Of a DNA stretch of 64,000 nt, positions 9,342 to 18,243 are shown piece by piece (position 1 is the first letter of the stretch; the number at the start of each line of letters is the position of its first letter). This DNA comes from an uncultured bacterium. GTDB lineage: Bacteria; Planctomycetota; SZUA-567; JAKLDR01. The stretch covers positions 4,984-68,983 of the forward strand of contig CBDUSI010000005.1 in NCBI GenBank assembly GCA_965370045.1, written 5' to 3'. Made by a program: the position numbers and the translations under genes. The notes beneath the pieces were generated by a model. The model had not been told where the DNA came from and did no database searches. It saw only the letters and a program-made list of their open reading frames with translations.

Positions 9342-9370
9342 TTAGACGGGGATCACGCGCGGAAAGTGCA
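9342..9370 (-). promoter_or_regulatory. Candidate ECF-type (autoregulated) promoter upstream of the ECF sigma gene
   Basis: The minus strand reads TGCACTTT-N14-CGTCTAA, 25-50 nt upstream of the ATG at 9319. This resembles the generic ECF pattern GGAACTT-N16/17-CGTCTAA with one mismatch in the AAC core. Eye match only. Confidence 0.25.
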
Positions 9371-9581
9371 AAAAAACGGATTTAGTGCGGAGCTCAGCAG
9401 TGCGCACAGGTGCGCCACGTCCGCAAGCCATTGCCAATAAGCGGCTTGCGATGGCGAAGCCGGTCAGGAGCAGTACGAGCGCGGCCATGGCTCTCCTACT
9501 CGAAGTCGGTGAAAACTCGGGGGAGTTTCTATCCGCCCCGCCGCCTCTTTGCAACGATACTCAGCGGGACGCGCGGGGGAG

Positions 9582-10400
9582 CTACTCCTTCGCCCCTTCG
9601 GAGCGCAGCTGGGCCCCGCAGCCCTTGCAGAACCCCGCGCCGGCATCGTGCCCCGCGCTCCCGCACTGCGGGCACTTCCGGGAGACATCCCCGCTTCTGG
9701 TCGCCTCGGCCACCGCCACGGACACGAAGCCGGTGGGCACCACGATCAGGCTGTAGCCCAGGATCATGATGGCCGCGGCGATGCCCTGCCCCAGCCCGGT
9801 CTGGGGGTGGATGTCGCCGTAACCCACGGTGGTCAGGGTGACGATCGCCCAGTAGATGCTCCGGGGGATGTTGTCGAAGCCAGGGTTGTCCCGCTCCACG
9901 ACGTACATCAGCGCCCCGAGCATGGCCACCATGGTCAGGATGAACAGGAGAAAGATCACGATCCGCCGCGCGCTGGCCTTGAGCGCGGTCAGCAGCACCC
10001 GCGTCTCCTCGACGTAGTTGGCCAGGCCGAACACCCGGAAGATCCTCAGCAGTCGGAGCACCCGGACCACCATCACCAGGTGGCGGAGGGGCGTGAACAG
10101 CGCCGCGTAGGCGGGGGCCACCGCCAGGAAGTCGACCACGCCGAAGAAGCTGAAGGCGTACTTCCTCCGCTTCTCGGCCGAGTAGAGGCGCAGCAGGTAC
10201 TCAATCGTGAAGAGCACCGTGAAGAACCACTCGGCGGTGCGCAGCTGGGAGCCGTAATCCCGCTCGACCCCCTCCACGGTCTCGAGCATGACCACCAGCA
10301 CGCTGATCAGGATGCAGACGATCAGCACCACGTCGAACAGCCGACCGGCGCGGGTATCGACGCCGAATATCACCTCGCGGAGTCTCTTTCGGAGGCTCAT
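9582..10400 (-). CDS. Voltage-gated-type (6TM) potassium channel with a C-terminal zinc-ribbon tail
   Basis: Selectivity filter TLTTVGYGD. S4-like RVLRLLRIFRVF. C-terminal CPQCGSAGHDAGAGFCKGCGAQL. I place the start at Met15 of the track ORF (MSLRKRLREV, ATG 10398-10400), 4 nt after the upstream stop; the longer ORF start (10442) overlaps the preceding gene. Confidence 0.85.
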   Translation of the reverse strand: MSLRKRLREVIFGVDTRAGRLFDVVLIVCILISVLVVMLETVEGVERDYGSQLRTAEWFFTVLFTIEYLLRLYSAEKRRKYAFSFFGVVDFLAVAPAYAALFTPLRHLVMVVRVLRLLRIFRVFGLANYVEETRVLLTALKASARRIVIFLLFILTMVAMLGALMYVVERDNPGFDNIPRSIYWAIVTLTTVGYGDIHPQTGLGQGIAAAIMILGYSLIVVPTGFVSVAVAEATRSGDVSRKCPQCGSAGHDAGAGFCKGCGAQLRSEGAKE

Positions 10401-10404
10401 GTGC

Positions 10405-11238
10405 CTAGCTCTTCTCCAGATAGGCCCGCTTGATCTTCTCAACGTACCCGTCCTGGGGCTCGGCCCAGTGCTCCTCGCTGAAGACCTCGACCTCGTTCCA
10501 GCCGGCGAAGCCGGCCTCCTCCATCCAGCCGCGGATGCCCTTGATGTCGAGGCAGCCCTCGCCCATCAGTCCGCGGTCGGTCAGCAGGTGCCGGGTCTTG
10601 ACCCGCCAGTCGCAGATGTGAAAGGCGAAAAGCCATCCGTTCTCGCCGGCGACCCTTATCTCGGATTCCAGGTCCGGATCCCACCAGGTGTGGTAAACGT
10701 CCACGGCGATGCCCAGGCCGGGATCGCGAAGCTCCTCGCAGACGGCCCGCGCCTCGGCCATGCGGTTGACCGCCGACTTGTCCGCGGCGTACATGGGATG
10801 CAGGGGCTCAATGGCCAACTTGACGCCGCAGGCCGCCGCGTGCGGCAGCAGCGCCTCGATGCCCGCGGATATCTGCCGGCGGGCCTCGGCCAGGGGCATG
10901 CCCGGCACCGCCCCGCAGACCAGGACAACCAGCGGCGCGCCGACAGCCGCGGCCTCGTCGACGCATTTCCTGTTCTCGTCGATGGCCTGCTGGCCGCCGC
11001 CTTCCTCACACGCCGGAAAGAAACCGCCGCGCACCAGGGACACCGGAGCTATTCCCGAGGCGCGAATCATCTCTCCGGCCTTCTCCGCGCCGACGGGCTC
11101 GATAACGTTCCGCCAGACGCAGATGCCCCCGATTCCCGCCCGCGCGTAGCCCTCCAGGCACTCGGCCAGGCTCCACGGCTTGTTGGTCATGGTGTGGACC
11201 GCCAGCCGGGAGAGGTCCGTGAGCGCGGAGGCGGGCAC
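10405..11238 (-). CDS. Sugar phosphate isomerase/epimerase (xylose-isomerase-like TIM barrel) family protein
   Basis: Size and sequence style fit the AP_endonuc_2 / xylose-isomerase-like family (LAVHTMTNKPWSLAECLEGYARAGIGGICVW..., KLAIEPLHP, HICDW). It is tightly coupled (3 nt) to an upstream Gfo/Idh/MocA gene, a classic pairing. Confidence 0.65.
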   Translation of the reverse strand: MPASALTDLSRLAVHTMTNKPWSLAECLEGYARAGIGGICVWRNVIEPVGAEKAGEMIRASGIAPVSLVRGGFFPACEEGGGQQAIDENRKCVDEAAAVGAPLVVLVCGAVPGMPLAEARRQISAGIEALLPHAAACGVKLAIEPLHPMYAADKSAVNRMAEARAVCEELRDPGLGIAVDVYHTWWDPDLESEIRVAGENGWLFAFHICDWRVKTRHLLTDRGLMGEGCLDIKGIRGWMEEAGFAGWNEVEVFSEEHWAEPQDGYVEKIKRAYLEKS

Positions 11239-11241
11239 GGT

Positions 11242-12399
11242 TCAGACCTCCAGCGCGGGCACGTCCACCCAGGCGCGCCGCTTCCAACTCTCTATCCCGC
11301 ACTCGGCGAGCTGCACGCCCTTGGCGCCCTCCAGCAGGCTCCACTTGAAGGGCTCGTCCACCACCGCGTGGCGCAGGAAGAGCTCCCACTGGGCTTTGAA
11401 GGCGTTGCCGTAGTCCTCCGCGTCGGGGACCTCCTGCCAGTCGGCGAAGTAGTCGATGGGCTGCTCAATGTCCGGGTTCCACACCGGGCGGGGCGTCCCG
11501 CTCAGCGGCTGAATCCGGCAGCTGCGCAGCCCGGCCACGGCGCTGCCCTGGGTGCCGTCGACCTGCACGGCCAGGAGGTCGTCGCGGCGCACGCGTACGC
11601 ACCACGAGGAGTTAAAGTGGCAGACGACTCCGTTATCCAGCTTGAAGGTGCTGTAGACGGAGTCCTCCGCGCTGCACTTGTAGCTCTCGCCCTGCTCGTC
11701 GACGCGCTCCTTGATGTGCGTGGCCCCCAGGCAGGAGACCGCGGCGACATGGCCGAAGAGGTTGTCGATCACGTAGCGCCAGTGGCAGAGCATGTCCACG
11801 ATGATGCCGCCGCCGTCCTCAGTCCGGTAGTTCCAGGAGGGCCGCTGGCAGGGCTTCCCGGGATCCTTGCCGTCGAAGACCCAGTAGCCGAACTCGCCGC
11901 GAACGCTGATGATCTCACCGAAGAAGCCGTCGTCCATCAGTCCCCTGAGCTTGAGCAGGCCGGGCAGCCAGAGCTTGTCCTGGACCACCCCGTTCTTGAG
12001 TCCCGCGTCGCGGCACAGCGCGTAGAGGCGATAGGCCTCCTCCGTCGCCGTCGCGATGGGCTTCTCGCAATAGATGGCCTTGCCAGCCTTCACGGCCATC
12101 TCCACGAAACGGGCGCGCTGCTGGGTTGTCGAGGAGTCGAAGAATATCTCGTTGTGGGGGTCCGCCAGCGCGGCGGCGACGTCGGTCGTCCAGCGCTCCA
12201 CCCCGAACCGCCCGGCGAGGGCCTTGAGCTTCGCCTCGTTCCGCCCGGTGAGGATGGGGTCGGGCACTATCGTCAAATCGTTTGAGACCTTTACGCCGCC
12301 CTGCTTGATGATGGCCACTATCGAGCGGTCCAGGTGCTGATTCGTGCCCATTCGCCCGGTGACGCCGTTGAGTATCACACCGACCTTGCGGACTGACAT
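11242..12399 (-). CDS. Gfo/Idh/MocA family NAD(P)-dependent oxidoreductase
   Basis: N-terminal Rossmann motif VGVILNGVTGRMG. The EKP motif region reads AIYCEKPIA. Start moved to internal ATG 12397-12399 (MSVRKVGV), which has GGAGGA 4-5 nt upstream; the track ORF start at 12441 has no RBS. Confidence 0.8.
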   Translation of the reverse strand: MSVRKVGVILNGVTGRMGTNQHLDRSIVAIIKQGGVKVSNDLTIVPDPILTGRNEAKLKALAGRFGVERWTTDVAAALADPHNEIFFDSSTTQQRARFVEMAVKAGKAIYCEKPIATATEEAYRLYALCRDAGLKNGVVQDKLWLPGLLKLRGLMDDGFFGEIISVRGEFGYWVFDGKDPGKPCQRPSWNYRTEDGGGIIVDMLCHWRYVIDNLFGHVAAVSCLGATHIKERVDEQGESYKCSAEDSVYSTFKLDNGVVCHFNSSWCVRVRRDDLLAVQVDGTQGSAVAGLRSCRIQPLSGTPRPVWNPDIEQPIDYFADWQEVPDAEDYGNAFKAQWELFLRHAVVDEPFKWSLLEGAKGVQLAECGIESWKRRAWVDVPALEV

Positions 12400-12513
12400 G
12401 CGGTCTCCTCCGGGCCAAGAAGAAGAGCGGCCGGGGCTCACGGCTCCCCGACCACCCCGGTCTCAGTCGCTGTGGGGCCTCTATGGCAGCGGGCAGTTCG
12501 CGAAGCCGACCGA

Positions 12514-12753
12514 CTAGCCGGCGGCCAGCTCCTCCATGTAGGCGACAGCTTTGCCGACGGTGTCGTTGGCGCCCGCGCGGTCCTCGTCGATTTCGAGGTC
12601 GAACTCCTCCTCCAGCGCGGCGATGAGCTCGACGGACTGGATGGACTCCATGCCCAGGTCGCGGACGAAGTTGGCCTCGTCGGTGACCTTCTCGACGGGG
12701 ACCTTGAGCAGATCGGCAATCACCTTGCGGGTGCGGTCGGCGGCTTCGGACAT
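12514..12753 (-). CDS. Acyl carrier protein (stand-alone, 79 aa)
   Basis: DLGMESIQSVELIAALEEEFDLEI matches the ACP helix II phosphopantetheine-serine context (DSL-type motif, here ESI). Strong RBS: AGGAGGAA 5 nt before the ATG. Confidence 0.8.
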   Translation of the reverse strand: MSEAADRTRKVIADLLKVPVEKVTDEANFVRDLGMESIQSVELIAALEEEFDLEIDEDRAGANDTVGKAVAYMEELAAG

Positions 12754-12867
12754 CCGGCTTCCTCCTGCTGCGTTAATGGCCTCTGGCCCGAAATCCTAGC
12801 AGAGGGTCTCTCTCTGTCAAGTGGGGCACTGGAAATGGCCGCCCGGCGGCCAATCTCCGAAACCCGC

Positions 12868-13938
12868 CTACTGTCTGAGGCCCGACGCCTCGATAGGCCA
12901 GGTGTCCAGCACCTCGTCGCCGGCGACCAGGTGCATCTCCGGGTACAGGTTGCAGGTGGTGCAGCCGTGCCAGGGGATCATCCTCACTTTCTGGCCGACC
13001 TCGAACCTGCCGCCAGCGCCACTCACTCGCAAGTGCTCCTCGTTGAGCTTGAACTCGGCGGACCCCTCGTCGAAGCCCACTATCTCCGGAGGCGCCTGCT
13101 CCATTCCACATGACTTATGGCCCACGTCGAAGACCGCGCGGTCGCCCCGGGCCGAGAGCACCGTGGCAAGGACAAACAGCGCGTTGTCGAAGTCCTTCCG
13201 CACCGTGCGGTAACGCGCGTCCATCAGCGCGTAGGAGCCCACCTGGAGTTCGTCTATCCCCTCGGCGACGCCGGTAACGTCGAAGGTCCCGGTGCCCCCG
13301 GCGCTGACGGTCTTCACGTCAATGCCGGCGGCCTCGACCTCGCGGCGGACACCGGTCATCTTCCCGACGGCCTTCCCGGCGACGCGCGCGCGCTCGGCGG
13401 CGTCGGCTATGAAGCAAGCGTGGCCCTCGTAGGCCTGGATGCCGGCGAAACGTACGCCGTCGGTCGCGGCCAGCAGCCGGGCCAGTTGAATCACTTCCGC
13501 GGCGCCGTCCACTCCGCAGCGGGCCAGGCCCACGTCGAGCTCCACGAGAACGCCGATCTCGACTCCCGCCGCCCGCGCCGCCGCGGCCAGCCCCTCGACC
13601 TGGCCGGCATCGTCGACGCAGCACTTGACCTCGGCCCTCCTGTTGAGCCCGGCCAGCCGGCGAAGCTTGTCCGCGCCGAGAATCTGGTTGGCGACCAGCA
13701 CGTCCCCGATGCCCGCTTCAACAAGAACTTCCGCCTCGGAGACGATGGCGCAGGTGATCCCCGCACAGTTGCCGGCATCGAGCTGCAGCTTGGCGATCCG
13801 CGTCGTCTTGTGGGTCTTGAAGTGCGGCCGGACGTTGGCCGCGCGGCCCTCGAAGAAACCGGCCATGCGCCTGATGTTCCGCTCCATGACCGCGCGCTCG
13901 ACGAGCAGGCAGGGGGTCTCCATCTCGTTGACGTTCAT
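12868..13938 (-). CDS. D-threonine aldolase / D-serine dehydratase (DSD1)-like PLP enzyme (alanine-racemase N-terminal fold)
   Basis: VRPHFKTHKTTRIAKLQL contains the PLP-lysine context (HxKTHK) typical of D-TA/DSD1 family proteins. Length of about 355 aa fits. Confidence 0.7.
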   Translation of the reverse strand: MNVNEMETPCLLVERAVMERNIRRMAGFFEGRAANVRPHFKTHKTTRIAKLQLDAGNCAGITCAIVSEAEVLVEAGIGDVLVANQILGADKLRRLAGLNRRAEVKCCVDDAGQVEGLAAAARAAGVEIGVLVELDVGLARCGVDGAAEVIQLARLLAATDGVRFAGIQAYEGHACFIADAAERARVAGKAVGKMTGVRREVEAAGIDVKTVSAGGTGTFDVTGVAEGIDELQVGSYALMDARYRTVRKDFDNALFVLATVLSARGDRAVFDVGHKSCGMEQAPPEIVGFDEGSAEFKLNEEHLRVSGAGGRFEVGQKVRMIPWHGCTTCNLYPEMHLVAGDEVLDTWPIEASGLRQ

Positions 13939-13974
13939 GCAGTCTTGCCCTGATACCGTTCAGAACACCCGCTG

Positions 13975-15963
13975 CTAACCGAGCGCAGCGGCGCTCTCCT
14001 TGAAGCTCGCGCAGCGCTTCTCCATCTCGGCCAGCTCCGCGTTCATCTGCTCGACGAACTTGTCGGCCTCGAACGTGCCGCGGACCGCCTCGAAGTCCGC
14101 GTCGCGCGCGGCCTCGTCCCCGCCGACCCCGAAGCCGATGCGGGACATCTCCGAGAACTCCTTCTCAGCGTCGGAGCGCACCATGCGGAGGGACTTGCCG
14201 CGATCCCTCGCCAGTGACTCGGCCGCCCCCGCCAGGGCCGTCCCGTCCATATCACAGGGCTTCGTCCCGAAGCGCTCTTCCCATACCGAGACTACCCAGT
14301 TCCACTCGTCGGCCTCGTAGGCCGCGTGACACTCGGCCAGGCGCGCGTTCAGCGAGTCGAGGTCGGCCACATCACCGCCCGCCACGTCGGCCAGCAGCTT
14401 TTCGAAGCGCTCCCGGGCGACCAGCAAGCCGGAAACGTCGTCCCACTGGCGGTCGCAGACCCCGCCGGTCTCGGGGACCAGGCGCTCGCGGACCGCGGCC
14501 AATCCCTTCTCCAGGGCCGGCTCGGCGCGGTCCAACACCTTACCGGTGAGGTAGGCGTCGATGGCCGTGCGGTAGAACTTTGCGCCGGTCCTGAGCAGCA
14601 GGCGCTTGACCCAAGCGCCGCCCACGTTGACCTCCACCACGGACTTGGGCGTCTCTTTCGAGAGGCGCGAGAGCAGCGCCTCGCCGCGGAGCATCCTCTC
14701 TACTGTGTAAGGACTGAAAACCGGGAAGCTGATCAGGTCGCGCTTGACGCTGCCCTTCCGGCGATCCCGCGCGGGCCACTTGGCGCCGTCGCGCACCGTG
14801 CCCACCGTATACAGATTGAAAGCCGGCGTCGCGTAGCTCCTCGAGCCCCGCGCGTCGACGTAGCTGAAGGGCAAATCGCCCAGGTCGAAGTTGGCCATGT
14901 TCTTGCCGATGACCACGGTGAAGGGCCCCAGCCGGCAGGGCCACAGCAGGTAGCTGGAGCTGCCGGTCTTCGAGCCGCGCTCCAGGATGCCCTGGTGCAC
15001 CGGCCCGAGCTTATACATATGGTTGCTTTGATTAGTGCCGCTGCCCGCGTTGTAGAAGGACATCAGCGCAGCAATCAGCAACGTTGATTTGTGATGGGTC
15101 ACCGTGTACGGACCCGCGAAGAGCGCCACGCCCTCGCCGTGGAAGGCCTCGCAATTGGCGAAGAACAGGCAGTTCTCCCCGGAGAAGCCCTTGCCCACCT
15201 TGCTGGCCTGGCCCACGAAGCAGCGCTCCAGCAGCGCGCCCTCGGTGACGCTGGCGCCCTCGGCGAAAACGAACTCCCGCGCGGTCACCCCGCTGCCCAC
15301 CACGGCCGGCGCGGCCGCCTCGCTGAGGATGATGCCGTCGGCCAGTTCCGCCGCGCCCTCCACGCGCGCGGCCGGGCCGATGTTCACGTTGCGAATGCTG
15401 CCCGCGCCGCGGACCAGCGCGCCGGCGCCCACGCGCCCGCGGTCGGACCTGAACGCCTTCACCCGCGCGTCGACCATCTTCTCCAACGCGCCGATGAGCT
15501 TGGGCCGGTCGCGGTACATGGCCAGCATGTAGGCAACCTGGGCACTGAGCTCGGGGTAGAGCCTGACCCCGCGGCCGCCGGCCTCGTTGACGGCCTGGAC
15601 CTCGGCCCCGCACCCGAAAGTGCTGCCCGCCTGGCACTCCATAACGCCGACGTTCTCGAGCACCGCGCCGGGCTCAACGTCGTAGTTGGCCACGTGCGAG
15701 CCAACGTTGCGAACCAGGCAGCCATCGCCCAGCGTCACGTCGTGCAACGCGGCCTCGTAGACCCCGCAGGCCTTCTCGACCGGGCCGGTCCTGACGCTGC
15801 CGGTGAGGTTCCCCAGGCGGACCTCGCCGCTCAGCGCGGCCTCGCGCACCCGCGCGGGCTCGAAAGGGTCGGCGACCTGTATCTTGCTCCAGTCCGGCGA
15901 GCAGCAGCCCTGGGCCTCGAGCTGCTTCACTTCCGCGTCGGTCAGCGGTCGATAGTCGGCCAT
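13975..15963 (-). CDS. DUF4954 family protein (about 660 aa, predicted left-handed beta-helix)
   Basis: Real start is Met223 of the 884-aa track ORF (ATG 15961-15963, GAGGGAAGGA upstream); the first 222 codons overlap ackA and are Arg/Gly junk. The N-terminus MADYRPLTDAEVKQLEAQGCCSPDWSKIQVADPF and the length match my recollection of DUF4954. The central part has hexapeptide-like repeats. Confidence 0.6.
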   Translation of the reverse strand: MADYRPLTDAEVKQLEAQGCCSPDWSKIQVADPFEPARVREAALSGEVRLGNLTGSVRTGPVEKACGVYEAALHDVTLGDGCLVRNVGSHVANYDVEPGAVLENVGVMECQAGSTFGCGAEVQAVNEAGGRGVRLYPELSAQVAYMLAMYRDRPKLIGALEKMVDARVKAFRSDRGRVGAGALVRGAGSIRNVNIGPAARVEGAAELADGIILSEAAAPAVVGSGVTAREFVFAEGASVTEGALLERCFVGQASKVGKGFSGENCLFFANCEAFHGEGVALFAGPYTVTHHKSTLLIAALMSFYNAGSGTNQSNHMYKLGPVHQGILERGSKTGSSSYLLWPCRLGPFTVVIGKNMANFDLGDLPFSYVDARGSRSYATPAFNLYTVGTVRDGAKWPARDRRKGSVKRDLISFPVFSPYTVERMLRGEALLSRLSKETPKSVVEVNVGGAWVKRLLLRTGAKFYRTAIDAYLTGKVLDRAEPALEKGLAAVRERLVPETGGVCDRQWDDVSGLLVARERFEKLLADVAGGDVADLDSLNARLAECHAAYEADEWNWVVSVWEERFGTKPCDMDGTALAGAAESLARDRGKSLRMVRSDAEKEFSEMSRIGFGVGGDEAARDADFEAVRGTFEADKFVEQMNAELAEMEKRCASFKESAAALG

Positions 15964-15983
15964 GGGCGCGTCCTTCCCTCTTC

Positions 15984-17201
15984 TCACTTGCCAGCGATAG
16001 TCAGCTCGTAGGTGTCCGCGGCGATGGCCTTCTCCTCGTTGGTGGGCACAACCATCAGTCGGACCGCGGAGTCCGCGGCAGCCACGTCGGCCTCGACGCC
16101 GCCCACCGCCGCGTCGTTCCTGGCGGGGTCCAGCTTGATCCCCAGGTTGGCCTCCAGGCCCTCGACGGCCCCGGCCCGGACCGGGGCGGCGTTCTCGCCG
16201 ATGCCCCCGGTGAAGATCACCGCGTCGAGCTTGGGCAGCACCGCGGCGTAGGCACCGATGTACTTGCGGATGCGGTAGGCGAAGATATCCACCGCCAGCT
16301 TCGCGCGCCCGTTCCCGTCGCCGACGGCCGCCAGCAACGCGCGCATGTCGTTGGACACTCCGGAGACGCCCAGCAGACCGCTCTGCTTGTTGAGCAGTCT
16401 GCTGATCGCCTCGTAGTCCTCGAACTCCTCCTGCTCGGCCAGGTAGTAGATGATCCCCGGGTCGACGTCCCCGCTGCGCGTGCCCATGACCAGGCCCTCC
16501 AGCGGGGTCATGCCCATGCTGGTGTCCACCGAGTGGCCTCCCCGGATCGCGGCCATCGAGCAGCCGTTGCCCAGGTGACAGGTTATGGCGTTCAGGTCGT
16601 ACTTGTGCTTGCCGAGTATCTCGGCGCACCTGCGGGCCACGTAGCGGTGGCTGGTGCCGTGGAAGCCGTAGCGGCGCACCCGGTACTTCTCGTAGACCTC
16701 GTAGGGCAACCCGTACAGGTAGGCGTGCTCGGGCAGCGTGGTGTGAAAGGAGGTGTCGAAGCAGGCCACCTGGGGGACGCCGGGCATCAGTTCCTTCGCC
16801 CCGCGGATGCCGGTCAGGTTTGGCGGGTTGTGCAGGGGAGCCAGGTCGTAGTACTCCTCGATGGTCTTCTCGACCTCCTCGGTGACGACCACCGAGCCGG
16901 TGAAAGCCTCGCCGCCGTGGACCACCCGATGGCCCACGGCCTTGATCTCCGAGAGGTCTTTCAGCGCGGGACTATCCCCGCCCGTCAGGCAGCTCACCAG
17001 CACGTTTAGCCCCGCGCGATGGTCGGGGACGGGCAGTTCCTCGCGGCGCTCGCGGCCCCCGCTGAGGCATTTGTACCCGCCGATCTCGTCACCGATGCGC
17101 TCGATCAGCCCCTTGGCCAGCACCTCGCCCTGGGGCATGGCATAGAGCTGGTACTTTATCGAAGAACTGCCACAGTTCAGAACCAGGACTTTCTCTGACA
17201 C
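15984..17201 (-). CDS. ackA: Acetate kinase
   Basis: VLVLNCGSSSIKYQLY N-terminal signature, plus HRVVHGG and RRYGFHGTSH motifs. 405 aa. Confidence 0.95.
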   Translation of the reverse strand: MSEKVLVLNCGSSSIKYQLYAMPQGEVLAKGLIERIGDEIGGYKCLSGGRERREELPVPDHRAGLNVLVSCLTGGDSPALKDLSEIKAVGHRVVHGGEAFTGSVVVTEEVEKTIEEYYDLAPLHNPPNLTGIRGAKELMPGVPQVACFDTSFHTTLPEHAYLYGLPYEVYEKYRVRRYGFHGTSHRYVARRCAEILGKHKYDLNAITCHLGNGCSMAAIRGGHSVDTSMGMTPLEGLVMGTRSGDVDPGIIYYLAEQEEFEDYEAISRLLNKQSGLLGVSGVSNDMRALLAAVGDGNGRAKLAVDIFAYRIRKYIGAYAAVLPKLDAVIFTGGIGENAAPVRAGAVEGLEANLGIKLDPARNDAAVGGVEADVAAADSAVRLMVVPTNEEKAIAADTYELTIAGK

Positions 17202-17207
17202 CTTACA

Positions 17208-18173
17208 CTACCCCCTGCCCGCGGCTATAGCCGCGACGATGGCTGCCGTCCCCACTATGTCGTCCACGCTTGCTCCCCGCGACAGGTCGCTGCACGGTTT
17301 ACGAAGTCCCTGGAGGATGGGGCCGTAGGCCGCCGCGCCTCCCAGGTACTGGCTGAGCTTGTAGGAGATGTTCCCGGCGTCGAGGTCCGGGAACACCAAC
17401 ACGTTGGCCTTCCCCGCGACAGGGCTTTCCGGGCATTTCTTCTTCGCCACGCGATCAATGATGGCGCTGTCGACCTGGAGTTCGCCGTCCACGGACAGTT
17501 CCGGGGCCCTCTCCCGGACTATGCTCACCGCTTCAATCACCTTGCCTGCGTCCTCATGCTGTCCAGAGCCCTTGGTGGAAAAACTGAGCATGGCCACCAG
17601 GGGCTCGATGCCCAGCAGCGCCCGCGCGCTGGTCGCGCTGGAGATGGCGATGTCCGCCAACTCCTCGGCCGTGGGCTGCACCACCACCCCGCAATCAGCA
17701 TAGACCACGACCTTCCTTCCCTGGCCCAGGAAATGCGGGAAATCCATGAGGAAGAAGCTTGAAGGAATGCCGATGCCCTCGGCCAGACCCACGGTAAGCA
17801 TGGCCGCGCTGATCACGCTGGCGGTGGCGTTGGCGGCCCCGGCCACCAGGCAATCGGCCTCTCCGGCGGCTAGGGCCGCCCCGCCGAAAACCAGCGCCTT
17901 GCGAACCACCCGGTTAGCCACTTTCTCAAAAATATCCGGTCGACCCTGGTGATAAACCCGTGCGTAGCGGGCCAGGCGCTGCTCATCTCTCAGGCCGTAA
18001 ACGTCCACGCCTTCGGCGGGGCTCTCCGCAGCTATCAGAATCGGCCGCGCCCAGCCCTCGGCGGCGATCCTGGCCGCCGCCTCGCGAATCCGTTCGTCTT
18101 CGCCTTCCGGGAAAATCACCCTCGGCTGCGCCCGCCGGGACTTCTCCTTGAATCCGCCTATGAGGTCGACCAT
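17208..18173 (-). CDS. pta: Phosphate acetyltransferase (short PTA_PTB form)
   Basis: RVIFPEGEDERIREAA, SFSTKGSG and LVFPDLDAGNISYKL motifs. 6 nt upstream of ackA. Confidence 0.9.
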   Translation of the reverse strand: MVDLIGGFKEKSRRAQPRVIFPEGEDERIREAAARIAAEGWARPILIAAESPAEGVDVYGLRDEQRLARYARVYHQGRPDIFEKVANRVVRKALVFGGAALAAGEADCLVAGAANATASVISAAMLTVGLAEGIGIPSSFFLMDFPHFLGQGRKVVVYADCGVVVQPTAEELADIAISSATSARALLGIEPLVAMLSFSTKGSGQHEDAGKVIEAVSIVRERAPELSVDGELQVDSAIIDRVAKKKCPESPVAGKANVLVFPDLDAGNISYKLSQYLGGAAAYGPILQGLRKPCSDLSRGASVDDIVGTAAIVAAIAAGRG

Positions 18174-18243
18174 GAGGTGCTCCAGGAAGAGGCCCCGGAT
18201 CGAACCGGTGGCCCGTGTGCCCCCTCGCTTGCCGGCAGTCGCG

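Noticed and set aside
9342-9488. A 48-aa ORF (MAALVLLLTGFAIASRLLAMACGRG...) with an AGGAGAG upstream, lying between the K+ channel gene and the ECF sigma gene.
   Set aside because: Its second half loses the GC3 bias and overlaps the putative ECF promoter. Spacing between the SD and the ATG is only 2-3 nt. I cannot distinguish it from chance without conservation or ribosome-profiling data.
15964-16629. N-terminal extensions of track ORFs that overlap the preceding gene. Examples: DUF4954 884 aa, gpsA 503 aa, thiS-thiF 419 aa, cusB 729 aa, NPCBM 481 aa.
   Set aside because: The extended parts are low-complexity Arg/Gly/Pro sequence and overlap well-supported genes. Internal ATG/GTG starts with SD sequences or stop-start overlaps give proteins of family-typical length.
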